64,000 bases of DNA, from contig NC_091285.1 of assembly GCF_032444005.1 (NCBI RefSeq), forward strand, positions 550,126,001-550,190,000, given 5' to 3'. The translations under genes were made by a program, and so were the position numbers. Source of the DNA: Ranitomeya imitator. Its lineage: Eukaryota. The stretch's first letter is position 1; each line of letters starts with the position of its first letter. The notes beneath the pieces are model-generated. The model searched no databases. It was not told the origin of the DNA and saw only the letters and a program-made list of their open reading frames with translations. Shown in pieces: positions 1 to 14,965 of this stretch.

Positions 1-2004
1 AGTGTTTTACAGTGTCAGCAAAGGGAATGAGATTTCTGTGTCATGGTAATTCTTTCAGTGTTTCTGCTACATTTTTCACCCATTTGAATGAAAGGGGGAA
101 AAAAAGGTAAGTAAAAACACATAAAAAACGCACGCAAACTATTTTTTTCCTGCCATCACTCTAGTTGTTGCAGTAGAGAAATCTGCTGCAAATTTGAAAC
201 GTGTGCACATACCCCAGCTGGAGTTTTTTCATGTGTTACTTTTTCAGTGTATTCCTAATATATTAAAATAAAAGCTGGGACATTATTAGACAGATCATCA
301 AAGCAATGGTCTGTACATTGTGCTAGCTGCAGAATAATATATTGGGAAGGATGCATTGGAGAAGTGTCTCAGTTCTGAAATCTCAATTCCTGTACATTGG
401 TATTGCCAATAAATACCTTTAGATCTAGAAAATGTTTTTTTTGTGTTATATACTGACTCTGAGTAACCCTACATGTGACTGATAGAGGTTTATAGCATCA
501 GTACACATCCTGTATATCATATATCATTGGCCTACGGTTTGAAGGGTATTTCTATCACTGAATATTCCAGATAGGATTTACCATAGCATTCTGAAGGTTG
601 GAGGTCTGACATCTATGACCTCTGCTTATCTGGAGTCCTAGAGCATTGCTGCATAGGGAAAAAATATAAGAGAAGCTGCAGCACTAACAGGGTTTTTTTT
701 TATCATCTCAAATGGCTAAAATTTCAAAGTTCTTGTGAAATCAAGAAATTTGCTGTTTACTTAAAATCCTCTACATTCTCAAGAATGGATGAAATGTTAT
801 TTTTTGTGTACTACTTATTATCTAGGTTTTCACCGCTATTGTGACCATTTTCCTATGCAAGGAGTGCAGCACTTACAAGCTCTTTGCTATAGAGCTTGCT
901 AATGCTGCTCTGAAGCTGACCAGATAGCTGTATACAGCCAAATCTCCTCTAATGCTAATGAGGTAAAGCTGCATCAGAAATGTTTGGGCCAACAGTATAT
1001 CTATCCCGCTGGTCTGAACTGTCAATCAATCATGAGTGAACCGTCCCCCAGTTAGCCAGGAGGAAGGCGAGTGGTGCATCTCTTAACTGGTGCTGCTTAC
1101 CTTCATTTTAAGGATTGGTTGGGCTCCAGGCAAGTTATGTAATATCATCAATCAACCTTATACTGTTATACAGATTTAGACATTCATAATGGACAAATGA
1201 ATGCCTTAAAAACGGGATTCATGTGTATCTGCTGTTGGGCCACTGACCATTGACTTTATTGAAGCAGAATGAGTTATTTTATTCAGTTTCCACCTTCTGG
1301 AGGCCGACACGAAAACATCGTCGACTGCATTTTTATCCCCACCTCAAAAAAGACAGAAACGTCAGTAAATGAGGTCAAAGCACAAAGTGACCCAACTTCA
1401 TTAACGTTAATAGCACCATCGGCAGATACGGCTAACGCCTGAATCATCTTTAGCAGAGGTGCAGATGGAAGCCTCTACGGAACCGTGTAGTAAAAATGTG
1501 ATGTGATCCTAGCCTTACAAGAGAATTTTCCAAACTATTGTTCATTTTTCAGGTTTTACTTGTTTTATTATTTCAATGCATTATTTATATTAAAAAAACA
1601 CACAAAAAACATCAGTCTTACACTCACTAAGCCTAAAATGGGATTGATAATTTTTGTTCTGTAGATATCGCTTCCTAATTCATCTCATTATCATTACAGC
1701 CACGATTACAATAAAGGGTAAAACACAGGATCCACCATTCACAATCGGTGAGGATCACCTTTCACCCTCTCCACCTCCCTGCACGGTGACCTCTGCACAG
1801 ACCGGAGAGCATGCCTAGAAAACTCTGGCGTATAATTTAATCAGATTCATCCTGTCTGTTGCTGTTAGGGTCCATGTGGCAGCTGTCAGGAATATATCTT
1901 AATACTGTTAATATATGCTCAGGAAAGATGGCTGGCCTCATTCATGACAGGAAGATGTGATAAAAAGTCTGAAATAGGAAATTAAGAACAAATACATATT
2001 TTAT

Positions 2005-2411
2005 TTGTACAATAGAAAGATGAAAAGCACTCATCGATCTGAAAAATCCTTAGCTTTATTGAGTCTGCATTAAAAAGAGTCCATGGCCGGGAGAGTGAGG
2101 AAAGGAGTTAGTGCGAGCCGCTGGCATAGCGCGAAACGGCCGTCGTTCTGGCCTGCTCGCACTTACTCCTTTCCTCACTTTCCCAGCCATGGAGTCTTTT
2201 TAATGAAGACTCAATAAAGCTAAGGATTTTTCAGATCAGTGAGTGCTTTTCTTTTTTCTATTGTACAAGTGGACAGATTTGTTTTTTCTGGATATAGCAC
2301 CCGAGATCTTGGAACATAGCGTCCTATCATACCGGCTTTGAAGCCGTACCTGTGGTTATCAGTGACGTGAAGTTGGCAGTGGTGCCGCCCCTTGCCTTTC
2401 TTTTTTGTTGT
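2005..2411 (+). mobile_element. Penelope-like element 3'-end insertion with an inverted (hairpin) copy
   Basis: 15-bp TSD AAATACATATTTTAT at 1990-2004 and 2412-2426. Arms ~2005-2117 and ~2154-2268 are inverted repeats. The loop contains GCGAAACGGCCGTCG, followed by AATAAA. PLE assignment is inferred from the architecture. Confidence 0.7.
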
Positions 2412-2639
2412 AAATACATATTTTATCTGATTTTTATAAAAAAAAAATACAGGTAACGTCTCAGGTGTATTTTGGTTAGTATGCTGTCTGTGGGGAATAA
2501 TTTGCTAACTGCACTAGTCTGCACCATGTTGCGAATCAGAGTAGTTCGTGTAATACATGACACTCATCAATGACAAGATCAAGTACATGGAAATGCACCC
2601 TGAGAAAATGACGTCCCTAACCTCAACCCGGCTTGATAC

Positions 2640-2755
2640 CTTCTCTTTAAGGTTACATGCTTAACTAAAGTACACTCAAGACAACTCCACATCCTCCCCA
2701 TAAAAGTGATTTCTGCTTCCTCACTATCATTGCACGAAAATAATATATGACCATT
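2640..2755 (-). CDS. candidate host exon (116 nt), product unknown
   Basis: Branch-like CTGAC plus TTTCAATTTTTGTACCCAG acceptor and AG|GTATCA donor. Phase-0 frame is open (NGHILFSCNDSEEAEITFMGRMWSCLECTLVKHVTLKR). No homology recognised. Confidence 0.3.
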
Positions 2756-4439
2756 CTGGGTACAAAAATTGAAATCATGACAGGTCAGCATAAACGTCCA
2801 ATATTGACTTATAGATTTTGAAATGATAGAATTTTATTATGCAGAGGTGGTGGGGCATAGAGAAACTAATCGTATTCAATAGGAAAATGCAAATCATCAG
2901 TACAGCATATGTCATGTACTAAATGTTGTGGCGAGGTCACTCAGATACTGTACATGATACTTTGGCAGGCAAAATGATGTTCTGTTTTTGAGAAATCATT
3001 TAATCTTACATCTGATTCTAAGGATGTGATTTTAAGATTTGATTCCTTCTTTTCTGTGCGGCTCATTGTGAAGTCAACTCTCACTGATAGATGTTTCAAA
3101 TTATGTTACATTATGCAACAACTGTGAAAAATTCAGGGTCAGAATACAGATCAGGATGCTAATTAAAACGATAAAATAACCCAGAATAGATTATACTGTA
3201 TAATCTGTATTTTTTTCTGCAGCATTTTGGCAGAATGTTTTGCAGCCGCTGACACTATTACCTCCTGTATTTATATGTACATCAATATAGTCCATTCATA
3301 ATAAATCCCATGGTTGGCCATGAAAAGCAATTTGGCAATACTGGCATTTTTCAATACTACTGCTCCTCTGAGAATCTTGGTTTCGGTCTTGGTTCCCCCA
3401 ATTGTTTTGTTTTCCCTTCAGTGTTATAGTGCTACAGTCATTACAATTATTAATTGGATTGTCTAATTACCTTTTTTCAGACATAAATTGATAGGTGATT
3501 GCTTGTTGTCACCAATAGAAGCAACAAAGAACCATGAAACAGCACTGCACACCAGTTATATGAATAAGCTTACAATACATTGATGGACAGTTATTTTTTT
3601 AACATAGATCTGTGTTGCTTAGGCTAATGATGGATTCTGCATCAACATCTTCTCTATGACATCCATATGCCATAATAAGGCCATTAGAAAGGGACAGTAT
3701 TAATACAATAATGCCTTAAAAAGCTCTTTGCATAACGATTCCTCTTTTTTACTATCACACGTAACTAAATTATCACTAGACAATTAATCACATAATTAGT
3801 CAAATTAATAAAATCTAAGATTGGTCAAGATAACAAGTAGTTGTGGAAAATGTACCTGAATTTAGAAGGTCTAATTACTAATGAGTCAATTTTCTGACAC
3901 CTATAACAATGATACTCACTTGGGAGCGATATGAGGTATCACAGAACCATTTCTATTTAAAAGTTCAGCTGGTTTATTTCAGTCCTCATAAACCACATCA
4001 CCGGAAAACTTAAATACAGCTTTTGTCCAGCATTTAGACCACCTGCAAGGTCTCACAATCCAGGAGGTCTGCATGCCTCCATACACAGCACCATGTGTCA
4101 GATAAACAGTTCACATTTTACGTGAACTACACCCAGGAATGGCGATATGGTAAGCAGTGCCCCGCTCTAATGATTCAGCTGCTCACAATTAGAGCTGGCC
4201 CTAAAATGGCCGTTTAACTCCTCTTAGTACTATGTACTAGAGCATTACTCCAGGTTTATATCACAGAGGACTTGCACCTCTGTGATAAGTATCTCCCATC
4301 CACCTTACATATCTTCCCCTCTGCCTAAAGCTGTGTGGTTTGGCACCTTCTACCACTAGCCATGGGATTCTAAGAGAGCACCATCATTTCCATGTAACTT
4401 CTCTGCTCTATGTTCCACATGGAAGTAGAAATCCTGCAG

Positions 4440-5210
4440 GGCTAGAAACCAGCAGGTAACACAAGAATTTTGCACCTTTTTCCCCCTCATTCACCTGAGT
4501 GGGATATGGCCTGACACTAATTTAAATTTTTGCCCTAAGAGATAGTATCGCAATGTGTCAACCGCCCATGCTGCCTTCATGGCAAAGTTAAGGATGAACC
4601 TTCTGTAGTATCCCATGAATCTCAGAAAGTTCCTAACTTTTTTTTTAGAGGGGTCTCTGCCAGTTCTGGATTGCATACGCTCTACTGATCTGGGGTTTGA
4701 TTTTGCCTACTATATATCCCAGGTATTTAGCCTTCTCTTTCCCCATAGCACATTTTTTGCATTTATAGAAAACCCCACCTGCCTGAGAGCATTGAACACT
4801 GCCTGGACCTTTTCCATATGACTTCCCCAATCCAAACTGAAGATTGCAATATCATTCAGGTATGTTGTGGTGCAGTTCTTATGGGGTTCGAGAATCCTGG
4901 CCATTCTGGAAGGTAGCTGGAGCTCCCTGCAGTCTAAATGACATCCTGACATATTAAAAGCATCTGTCGGGTGTAGAGAAAACCGTCTTCTCCTTGGCTT
5001 CTTGTGGCATGGGGACTTGAAAATATACCTTTGTTAAATCCAAGGTGGTTATGCATCTTGCTGGACCAAGTCGCTCAATCAGCTCATCAACACGAGGGAT
5101 TAGATATGCGTCGAACTTGGGGACTTCGTTCAGCTTCTGGTAATCATTACAGAATCTCCATTTATTTTCTGCAAGGCTGTCCTCACTGCCTTCTGGACAG
5201 AAATCATCAG
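4440..5210 (-). pseudogene. degenerate Ty3/Gypsy pol fragment (RT and RNase H)
   Basis: Frameshifted ORFs with WRFCNDYQKLN...DAYLIPRVDELIERLG...TTLDLTK (RT), YLNDIAIFS, and WAVDTLRYYLLGQKFKLVS (RNase H). Confidence 0.85.
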
Positions 5211-7610
5211 TTGACCTTGGAGCTGGAGTTGCCGCCGTGCCTCGAACATGCCCCAAAGTGACACCATTCTAAAAACTGCACCCCTTAAGGTACTCAAAAC
5301 CACATTCAATAAGTTTATTAACCCTTCAGGTGCTTCACAGGAATTTTTGGAATGTTTAAAAAAAATTGAACATTTAACTTTTTTTCACAAAATTTTTACT
5401 TCAGATCCAATTTGTTCTATTTTACCAAGGGTAACAGGAGAAATTGGACAACAAATGTTGTTGTATAATTTGTCCTGACTACGCCGATACCCCATATGTG
5501 GGGGTAAACCACTGTTTGGGCACAAGACAGAGCTCAAAAGGGAAGGAGCGCCATTTGACTTTTCAATGCAAAATTTGCTGGAATTGAGATCGAACACCGT
5601 GTCGCGTTTGGAGAGCCTCTAATATGCCTGAACAATAGAAAGCCCCCACAAGTGACACCAATTTGGAAAGTAGACCCCCTAAGGAACTACTCTAGATGTG
5701 TTGTGAGCACTTTGAACCTCCAAGTGCTTCACAGAAGTTTATAATGTAGAGCCGTAAGAAGAAAATCATATTTTTTCACAAAGATTTTTCGCCCCCAATT
5801 TTTTATTTTCCCAAGGGTAACAGGACAAATTGGACCGCAAAAGTTGTTGTGCAATTTGTCCTGAGTACGCTGATACTCCATATGTGGAGGTAAACCACTG
5901 TTTGGGTGCATGGCAGAGGTCAGAAGGGAAGGAGCGCCAGAGCGTTTGACTTTTCAATGAAAAATTGGCTGGAATTGAGATCGGACACCATGTCGCGATT
6001 GGAGAGCCCCTGATGTGCCTAAACAGTGGAAACCCCCCACAACTGACACCATTTTGGAAAGTAGACCCCCTAAGGAACTAATCTAGATTCGTGGTGAGTA
6101 CTTTGAACCCCAATTGTTTCACTAAAGCTTAGAATGTAGAGCCGTGAAAATTAACCCCTTTCTGACATATGACATACTATCCCGTCGAGGTGGGCCCGTA
6201 TGACCACCAATGGGATAGTACGTCATAAGCGATCGGCCGCGCTCATGGGGGAAGCGCGGCCGATCGCGGCCGGGTGTAAGCTGCCTATCGCAGGTGACAT
6301 CCGGCACTATGTGCCAGGAGCGGTCACGGACCGCCCCCGGCACATTAACCCCCGGCACACCGCGATCAAACATGATCGCGATGTGCCGACGGTATAGGGA
6401 AGCATCTGCAGGGAGGGGGCTCCCTGCGGGCTTCCCTGAGCCCCCCACAGCAACGCGATGTGATCGCGTTGCTGCAAGGGTCTCCTTACCTCCCTCCCAA
6501 TAGCAGGCCTGGATCCAAAATGGCCACGGCATCCGGGTCCTGCAGGGAGGGAGGTGGCTTCACAGCGCCTGCTCAGAACAGGTACTGTGAAGCCTGCAGC
6601 ACTGTAAGTCAGATCGGTGATCTGACAGAGTGCTATGCAAACTGTCAGATCATTGATCTGTGATGTCCCCCCCTGGGACAAAGTAAAAAAGTAAAAAAAA
6701 AATTTCCAAATGTGTAAAAAAAAAAAAAATCCTAGATAATGAAAAAAAAAAATATTATTCCCATAAATACATTTCTTTATCTAAATAATAAAAAAAACAA
6801 TGAAAGTACACATATTTAGTATCGCCGCGTCCGTAACAACCCGACCTATAAAACTGGCCCACTAGTTAACCCCTTCAGTAAACAACGTAAGAAAAAAAAA
6901 AAAAACGAGGCAAAAACAACGCTTTATTATCATACTGCCGAACAAAAAGTGGAATAACACGCAATCAAAAAGACGGATATAAATAAACATGATACCGCTG
7001 AAAACATCATCTTGTCCTGCAAAAAATGAGCTGCAATACAGCATCATCAGCAAAAAAATAAAAAAGTTATAGTCCTGAGAATAAAGGGATGCAAAAATAA
7101 TTATTTTTTCTATAAAATAGTTTTTATCGTATAAAAGCGCCAAAACATAAAAAAAAGATATAAATGAGGTATCGCTGTAATCGTACTGACCCGAAGAATA
7201 AAACTGCTTTATTAATTTTACCAAACGCAGAACGGTATAAACGCCTCCCCCAAAAGAAATTCATGAATAGCTGGTTTTTGGTCATTCTGCCTCACAAAAA
7301 TCGGAATAAAAAGCGGTCAAAAAATGTCACGTGCCCAAAAATGTTACCAATAAAAACGTCAACTCGTCCCGCAAAAATCAAGACCTCACATTACTCTGTG
7401 GACCAATATATGGAAAAATTATAGCTCTCAAAATGTGGTAACGCAAAAAATATTTTTTGCAATAAAAAGCGTCTTTCAGTGTGTGACGGCTGTCAATCAT
7501 AAAAATCCGCTACAAAACCCACTATAAAAGTAAATCAAACCCCCCTTCATCACTCCCTTAGTTAGGGAAAAATTAAAAAAATGTATTTATTTCCATTTTC
7601 CCATTAGGGC

Positions 7611-7759
7611 NNNNNNNNNNNNNNNNNNNNNNNNNNNNNNNNNNNNNNNNNNNNNNNNNNNNNNNNNNNNNNNNNNNNNNNNNNNNNNNNNNNNNNNNNN
7701 NNNNNNNNNNNNNNNNNNNNNNNNNNNNNNNNNNNNNNNNNNNNNNNNNNNNNNNNNNN
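7611..7759. other. assembly gap (~149 N) at the telomere-like array
   Basis: Run of N flanked by TTAGGG-variant sequence. Confidence 0.98.
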
Positions 7760-7950
7760 CTAGGGTTAAGGCTACAGTTAGGGTTGGGGCTAAAGTTAGG
7801 GTTAGGGTTGGGGCTAAAGTTACGGTTAGGGTTTAGATTACATTTACGGTTGGGAATAGGGTTGGGATTAAAGTTAGGGGTGTGTCAGGGTTAGAGGTGT
7901 GGTTAGGGTTACTGTTGGGATTAGGGTTAGGGGTGTGTAATGATTAGGGT
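7760..7950 (+). repeat. degenerate TTAGGG-like array inside the transposon
   Basis: GTTAGGGTTGGGGCTAAAGTTAGGGTTAGGG-type repeats. Confidence 0.85.
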
Positions 7951-8509
7951 TTCAGTTATAATTTGGGGGGTTTCCACTGTTTAGGCACATCATGGCGTCC
8001 GATCTCAATTCCAGCCAATTCTGCGTTGAAAAAGTAAAACAGTGCTCCTTCCCTTCCGAGCTCTCCCGTGTGCCCAAACAGGGGTTTACCCCAACATATG
8101 GGGTATCAGCGTACTCAGGACAAATAGGACAACTTTTGGGGTCCAATTTCTCCTGTTACCCTTAAGAAAATACAAAACTGGGGGCTAAAAAATTTTTGTG
8201 GGAAAAAAAAGATTTTTTATTTTCACGGCTCTGCGTTATAAACTGTAGTGAAACACTTGGGGGCTCAAAATTCTCACAACACATCTAGATAAGTTCCCTG
8301 GGGGGTCTAGTTTCCAATATGGTGTCACTTGTGGGGGGTTTCTACTGTTTAGGTACATTAGGGGCTCTGCAAACGCAATGTGACGCCTGCAGACCATTCC
8401 ATCTAAGTCTGCATTCCAAATGGCGCTCCTTCCCTTCCGAGCCCTCCTATTTGCCCAAACGGTGGTTCCCTCCCACATATGGGGTATCAGCGCACTCAGG
8501 ACAAATTGG

Positions 8510-9484
8510 TAGGGTTGAGCGAAACGGGTCGGCCATTTTCAGAAGTCGCCGACTTTTGGCAAAGTCGGGTTTCATGAAACCCGACCCAACCCCTGTGTGG
8601 GGTCGGCCATGAGGTCGGCGATCTTCTGAATCTGGTATCAGAATTCCGATCCCGAGTTCCGATATGTTTGCAATATCGGAAATCGGTATCGGAATCCATA
8701 TTTAAGTGTAAAATAAAGAATTAAAATAAAAAATATTGCTATATTCACCCTCGGACGCGCCCTGGTACTAACCGGCAGCCTTCCTTTCTTAGAATCAGCG
8801 CGTGAAGGGCCTTAAATGATGTCGCGGCTTGTGATTGGTCGCGTGACCGCCCATGTGACCGCTCGCACGACCAATCACAAGCCGCGACGTCACCGAAGGT
8901 CCTTCAAGCGCTGATTGTTAGGAAGCAAGGCTGCCGGAAAGAAGCAGGGCACGTCCGAGGGTGAGTATATACCTAATAGGAATATACTCACCCTCGGACG
9001 CGCCCTGCTTCTTTCCGGCAGCCTTCCTTCCTAAGAATCAGCGCTTGAAGGACCTTCGGTGACGTCGCGGCTTGTGATTGGTCGCGCGAGCGGTCGCATG
9101 GGCGGTCGCGCGACCGGTCACATGGGCGGTCGCGCGACCAATCACAAGCCGCGTCATCTAAGGCCCTTCACGCACTGATTCTAAGGAAGGAAGGCTGCCG
9201 GTTAGTACCAGGGCGCATCCGAGGGTGAGTATAGCAATATTTTTTATTTTAATTCTTTATTTTACACTTAAATATGGATCCCAGGGCCTGAAGGAGAGTT
9301 TCCTCTCCTTCAGACCCTGGGAACCATTGGAAACCCAATGCACTGCATTGGGTTTCGTGTTTCGGCCGACCCCGACCCCGACTTTTTTATAGGATCGGCC
9401 GATTTCACTCGACCCGACTTTTGAAAAAGTCGGGTTTCGTGAAACCCGACTCGATCCTATAAAAGTAAAAGTCACTCAACCCTA
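8510..9484. mobile_element. hAT-type MITE
   Basis: 8-bp TSD CAAATTGG (8502-8509, 9485-9492). TIR TAGGGTTGAGCGA / TCACTCAACCCTA. Large internal palindrome at ~8695-9281. Confidence 0.9.
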
Positions 9485-9776
9485 CAAATTGGACAACAAC
9501 TTTTGGGGTCCAATTTCTCCTGGTACCCTCGGGAAAATACAAAACTGGGGGCTCAAAAAATAATTTATGTGGGAAAAAAATTTTGTTTTATTTTTACGGC
9601 TCTGCATTATAAACTTCTGTGAAGCCCTTGGTGGGTCAAAGCGCTTACCCCACATCTAGATAAGTTCCTTAGGGGGTCTACTTTCCAAAATGGTGTCACT
9701 TGTGGGGGGTTTCTACTGTTTAGGTACATGAGGGGCTCTGCAAACGCAATGTGACACCTGCAGATCATTCCATCTA

Positions 9777-11412
<1,636 letters not shown>

Positions 11413-14040
11413 TAAGTCTGCATTCCAAATGGCGCTCCTTTCCTTCTGAGCCCTCCCATGCATCCAAACGGTGGTTCCCCCCACATATGGGGTATCAGCG
11501 CACTCAGGACAAATTGGACCACAACTTTTGGGGTCCAATTTCTCCTGTTACCCTCGGGAAAATACAAAACTGGGGGCTAAAAAATAATTTATGTGGGAAT
11601 TTTTTTTATTTTTTTTTACGGCTCTGCATTATAAACTTCTGTGAAACCCTTGGTGCGTCAAAGCGCTCACCACACATCTAGATAAGTTCCTTAGGGGGTC
11701 TACTTTCCAAAATTGTGTCACTTGTGGGGGGTTTCTACTGTTTAGGTACATTAAGGGCTCTGCAAACGCAATGTGACGCCTGCAGACCATTCCATCTAAG
11801 TCTGCATTCCAAATGGCGCTCCTTCCCTTCCGAGCCCTCCCATGCGCCCAACCAGTGGTTCCCTCCCACATATGGGGTATCAGCGCACTCAGGACAAATT
11901 GTACAACAAATTTTGGGGTCCAATTTTTCCTGTTACCCTCGGGAAAATACAAAACTGGGGGCTAAAATATAATATTTGTGGGAAAGAATTTTTGTTTTAT
12001 TTTTACGGCTCTACATTATAAACTTCTGTGAAGCCCTTGGTGGGTCAAAGCGCTCACCACACATCTAGATAAGTTCCTTAGGGGGTCTACTTTCCAAAAT
12101 GTTGTCACTTGTGGGGGGGTTTCAATGTTTAGGCACATCAGTGGCTCTCCAAACGCAACATGGCGTCAGATATAAATTCCTGTCAATTTTGCATTGAAAA
12201 GTCAAACAGCGCTCCTTCCCTTCCGAGCTCTCCCATGCGCCCAAACAGTGGTTTACCCCCACATATGGAGTATCAGCGTACTCAGGACAAATTTTGCAAC
12301 ACCTTTTGGGATCCAATTTCTTCTCTTACCCTTGGGAAAAAAAAATTGTGGGCAAAAAGATAATTTTTGTGAAAAAATATGATTTTTTATTTTTATGGAT
12401 CTGCATTATAAACTTCTGTGAAGCACTTGGTGGGTCAAAGTGTTCACCACACCTCTAGATAAGTTCCTTAGGGGGTCTACTTTCCAAAATAATGTCACTT
12501 GTGGGGCGTTTCAATGTTTAGGCACATCAGTGGCTCTCCAAACACAACATGGCGTCCCATCTCAATTCCTGTCAATTTTGCATTGAAAAGTCAAATGGCG
12601 CTCCTTCGCTTCCGAGCTCTGTCATGTGCCCAAACAGTGGTTTACCCACACATTTGGGGTATCGGTGTACTCAGGACAAATTGTACAACAACTTTTGGGG
12701 TCCATTTTCTCCTGTTACCCTTGGTAAAATAAAACAAATTGGAGCTAAAGTAAATTTTTTGTGAAAAAAAGTTAAATGTTCATTTTTATTTAAACATTCC
12801 AAAAATTCCTGTGAAGCACCAGAACGGTTAATCAACTTGTTGAATATGGTTTTGAGCACCTTGAGGGGTGTAGTTTTTAGAATGGTGTCAAACTTGGGTA
12901 TTTTCTATCATATAAACCCCTCAAAATGACTTCAAATGAGATGTGGTCCCTAAAAAAAAATGGTGTCGTAAAAATGAGAAATTGCTGGTCAACTTTTAAC
13001 CCTTATAACTCCCTAACAAAAAAAAATTTGGTTCCAAAACTGTGCTGATGTAAAGTAGACATGTGAGAAATGTTACTTATTAAGTATTTTGAGTGACATA
13101 TCTCTGTGATTTAATTGCATAAAAATTCAAAGTTGAAAAATTGCGAAATTTTCAAAATTTTTGCCAAATTTCCGTTTTTTTCACAAATACGCAGGTAATA
13201 TCAAAGAAATGTTACCACTATCATCAACTACAATATGTCACGAGAAAACATTGTCAGAATCACTGGGATCCGTTGAAGCGTTCCAGAGTTATAACCTCAT
13301 AAAGGGACAGTGGTCAGAATTGTAAAAATTGGCCCGGTCATTAACGTGCAAACCACCCTTGGGGGTAAAGGGGTTAAAAAATCATTTTTTTCCACAAAAT
13401 GATCTTTTAGCCCTCAATTTTTTATTTTCCCAAGGGTTACAGGAGAAATTGGACCCCAAAAGTTGTTGTCCAATTTGTCCTGAGTACGCTGATACCCCAT
13501 ATGTGGGGCGGAACCACCGTTTGGGCGCATGGCAGAGCTCGGGAGGGAAGGAGCGCTGTTTTGGAATGCAGACTTTGATGAAATGGTTTGCGGGCTTCTC
13601 ATTGCATTTGCAGAGCCTCTGATGTACCTAAACAGTAGAAACTCCCACAAGTGACCCCATATTGGAAGCTAGACCCCCCAAGAAACTTATCTAGATGTGT
13701 TGTGAGAACTTTGAACCCCCAAGTGTTTCGCTAAAGTTTATAACAAAGAGCCGTGAAAATAAAAAATTTATTTTTTTCCACGAAAATATTTTAGCCCCCA
13801 CATTTTAATTTTCACAAGGGTAACAGGAGAAATTGGACTGCAAAAGTTGCTGTCCAATTTGTCCTGATTACGCTGATACTCAATATGTGGGGGGTGAAAC
13901 ACTGTTTGGGCGCACGGCAGAGCTCGGAAGGGAAGGAGCACCATTTTACTTTTTCAATGCAGAATTGGCTGGAATTGAGATCAGACGTGATGTTGCGTTT
14001 GGAGATCCCCTGATGTGCCTAAACAGTGGAACCCCCCAAT

Positions 14041-14965
14041 TCTAACTCTAACCCTAACCCCATCGCACACCTAAGCTTAATCCCAACCACAACCCTAACC
14101 ACACCCCTAACCCCAATCCCAACCCTAACCATAACCCTTACACCAAAAGAGACAGTGAAGTAACGAACACCATCAGATAAAATACAAAATATCTTTATTA
14201 TAAATATTTCCAGGATAATTCCATTCAAAAATAGAGTAATCTCATGTTACAATAACCATAATAATATAACTAACCATATATGTATGCAGCAGAGATGACT
14301 AAACACCTCTGCTGCTATAGGACTGCAAATAATAACTAGCAACCGAGACCAAACAATAGAGAAAGTGACCTATATATCCCACTGGTAAATAGTACCCTAA
14401 AGTATGAATAACAATAATATATATAAAAGTAATAACAGAGTACTCCTCACCTTAGAGATGCTACATATACCATACCGTACAGGTAAGCTACATATCAAAT
14501 ATCACCCAATAAAAAATATATGAACCGTGCCTATGATATAATAAGGCAATTACCTGCAGCCATAGTAAGGGGGTATACCAGCGAGATAGCGGTCACTGAG
14601 GCCCCTCGACGCGCGTTAACCATAACCCTGACCACACCCCTAACCCCAACACACCCCTAATCCTAATACCAGCCCTAATCTCAACCCTAAACATAACCCT
14701 AACCACACCCCTAACCCTGACACACCCCTAATCCTATTCCCAACCCTAACCCCAACCATAAACATAAGCCAAACCCTAACTTTAGCCCCAACCCTATCCC
14801 TAACTTTAGCCCCAACCCTAACCCTAACTTTAGCCCCAGCCCTAACCCTAACTTTAGCCCCAACTCTAACCCTAACATTAGCCCCAACCCTAACCCTAAC
14901 TTTATTCCCAACCCTAACTTTAGCCCCAACACTAACCCTAATGTTAGCCCTAACCCTAACCCTAA
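14041..14965 (-). repeat. telomere-like (CCCTAA-variant) array with 18/24-bp higher-order units
   Basis: AACCCTAACCCTAACTTTAGCCCC units. Same position within the element as 7760-7950. Interrupted by the 14139-14616 insert. Confidence 0.88.
14139..14616 (-). mobile_element. short Penelope-like 3' fragment inserted into the telomere-like array
   Basis: 13-bp duplication TAACCATAACCCT (14126-14138, 14617-14629). The minus strand begins ACGCGCGTCGAGGGG (3' half of a hammerhead-like core), followed by an AT-rich tail. Confidence 0.65.

Noticed and set aside
4040-4150. Plus-strand exon ending in ATG|GTAAGC (…SDKQFTFYVNYTQEWRY)
   Set aside because: The acceptor is ambiguous and there are no partner exons on that strand, so support is insufficient.
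7760-7950. True chromosome end or telomere fusion site
   Set aside because: The repeats are degenerate and sit at a fixed position inside a TTAA-bounded transposon, in both copies.
14711-14932. LGLGLG ORF
   Set aside because: Translation of the TTAGGG-like array.
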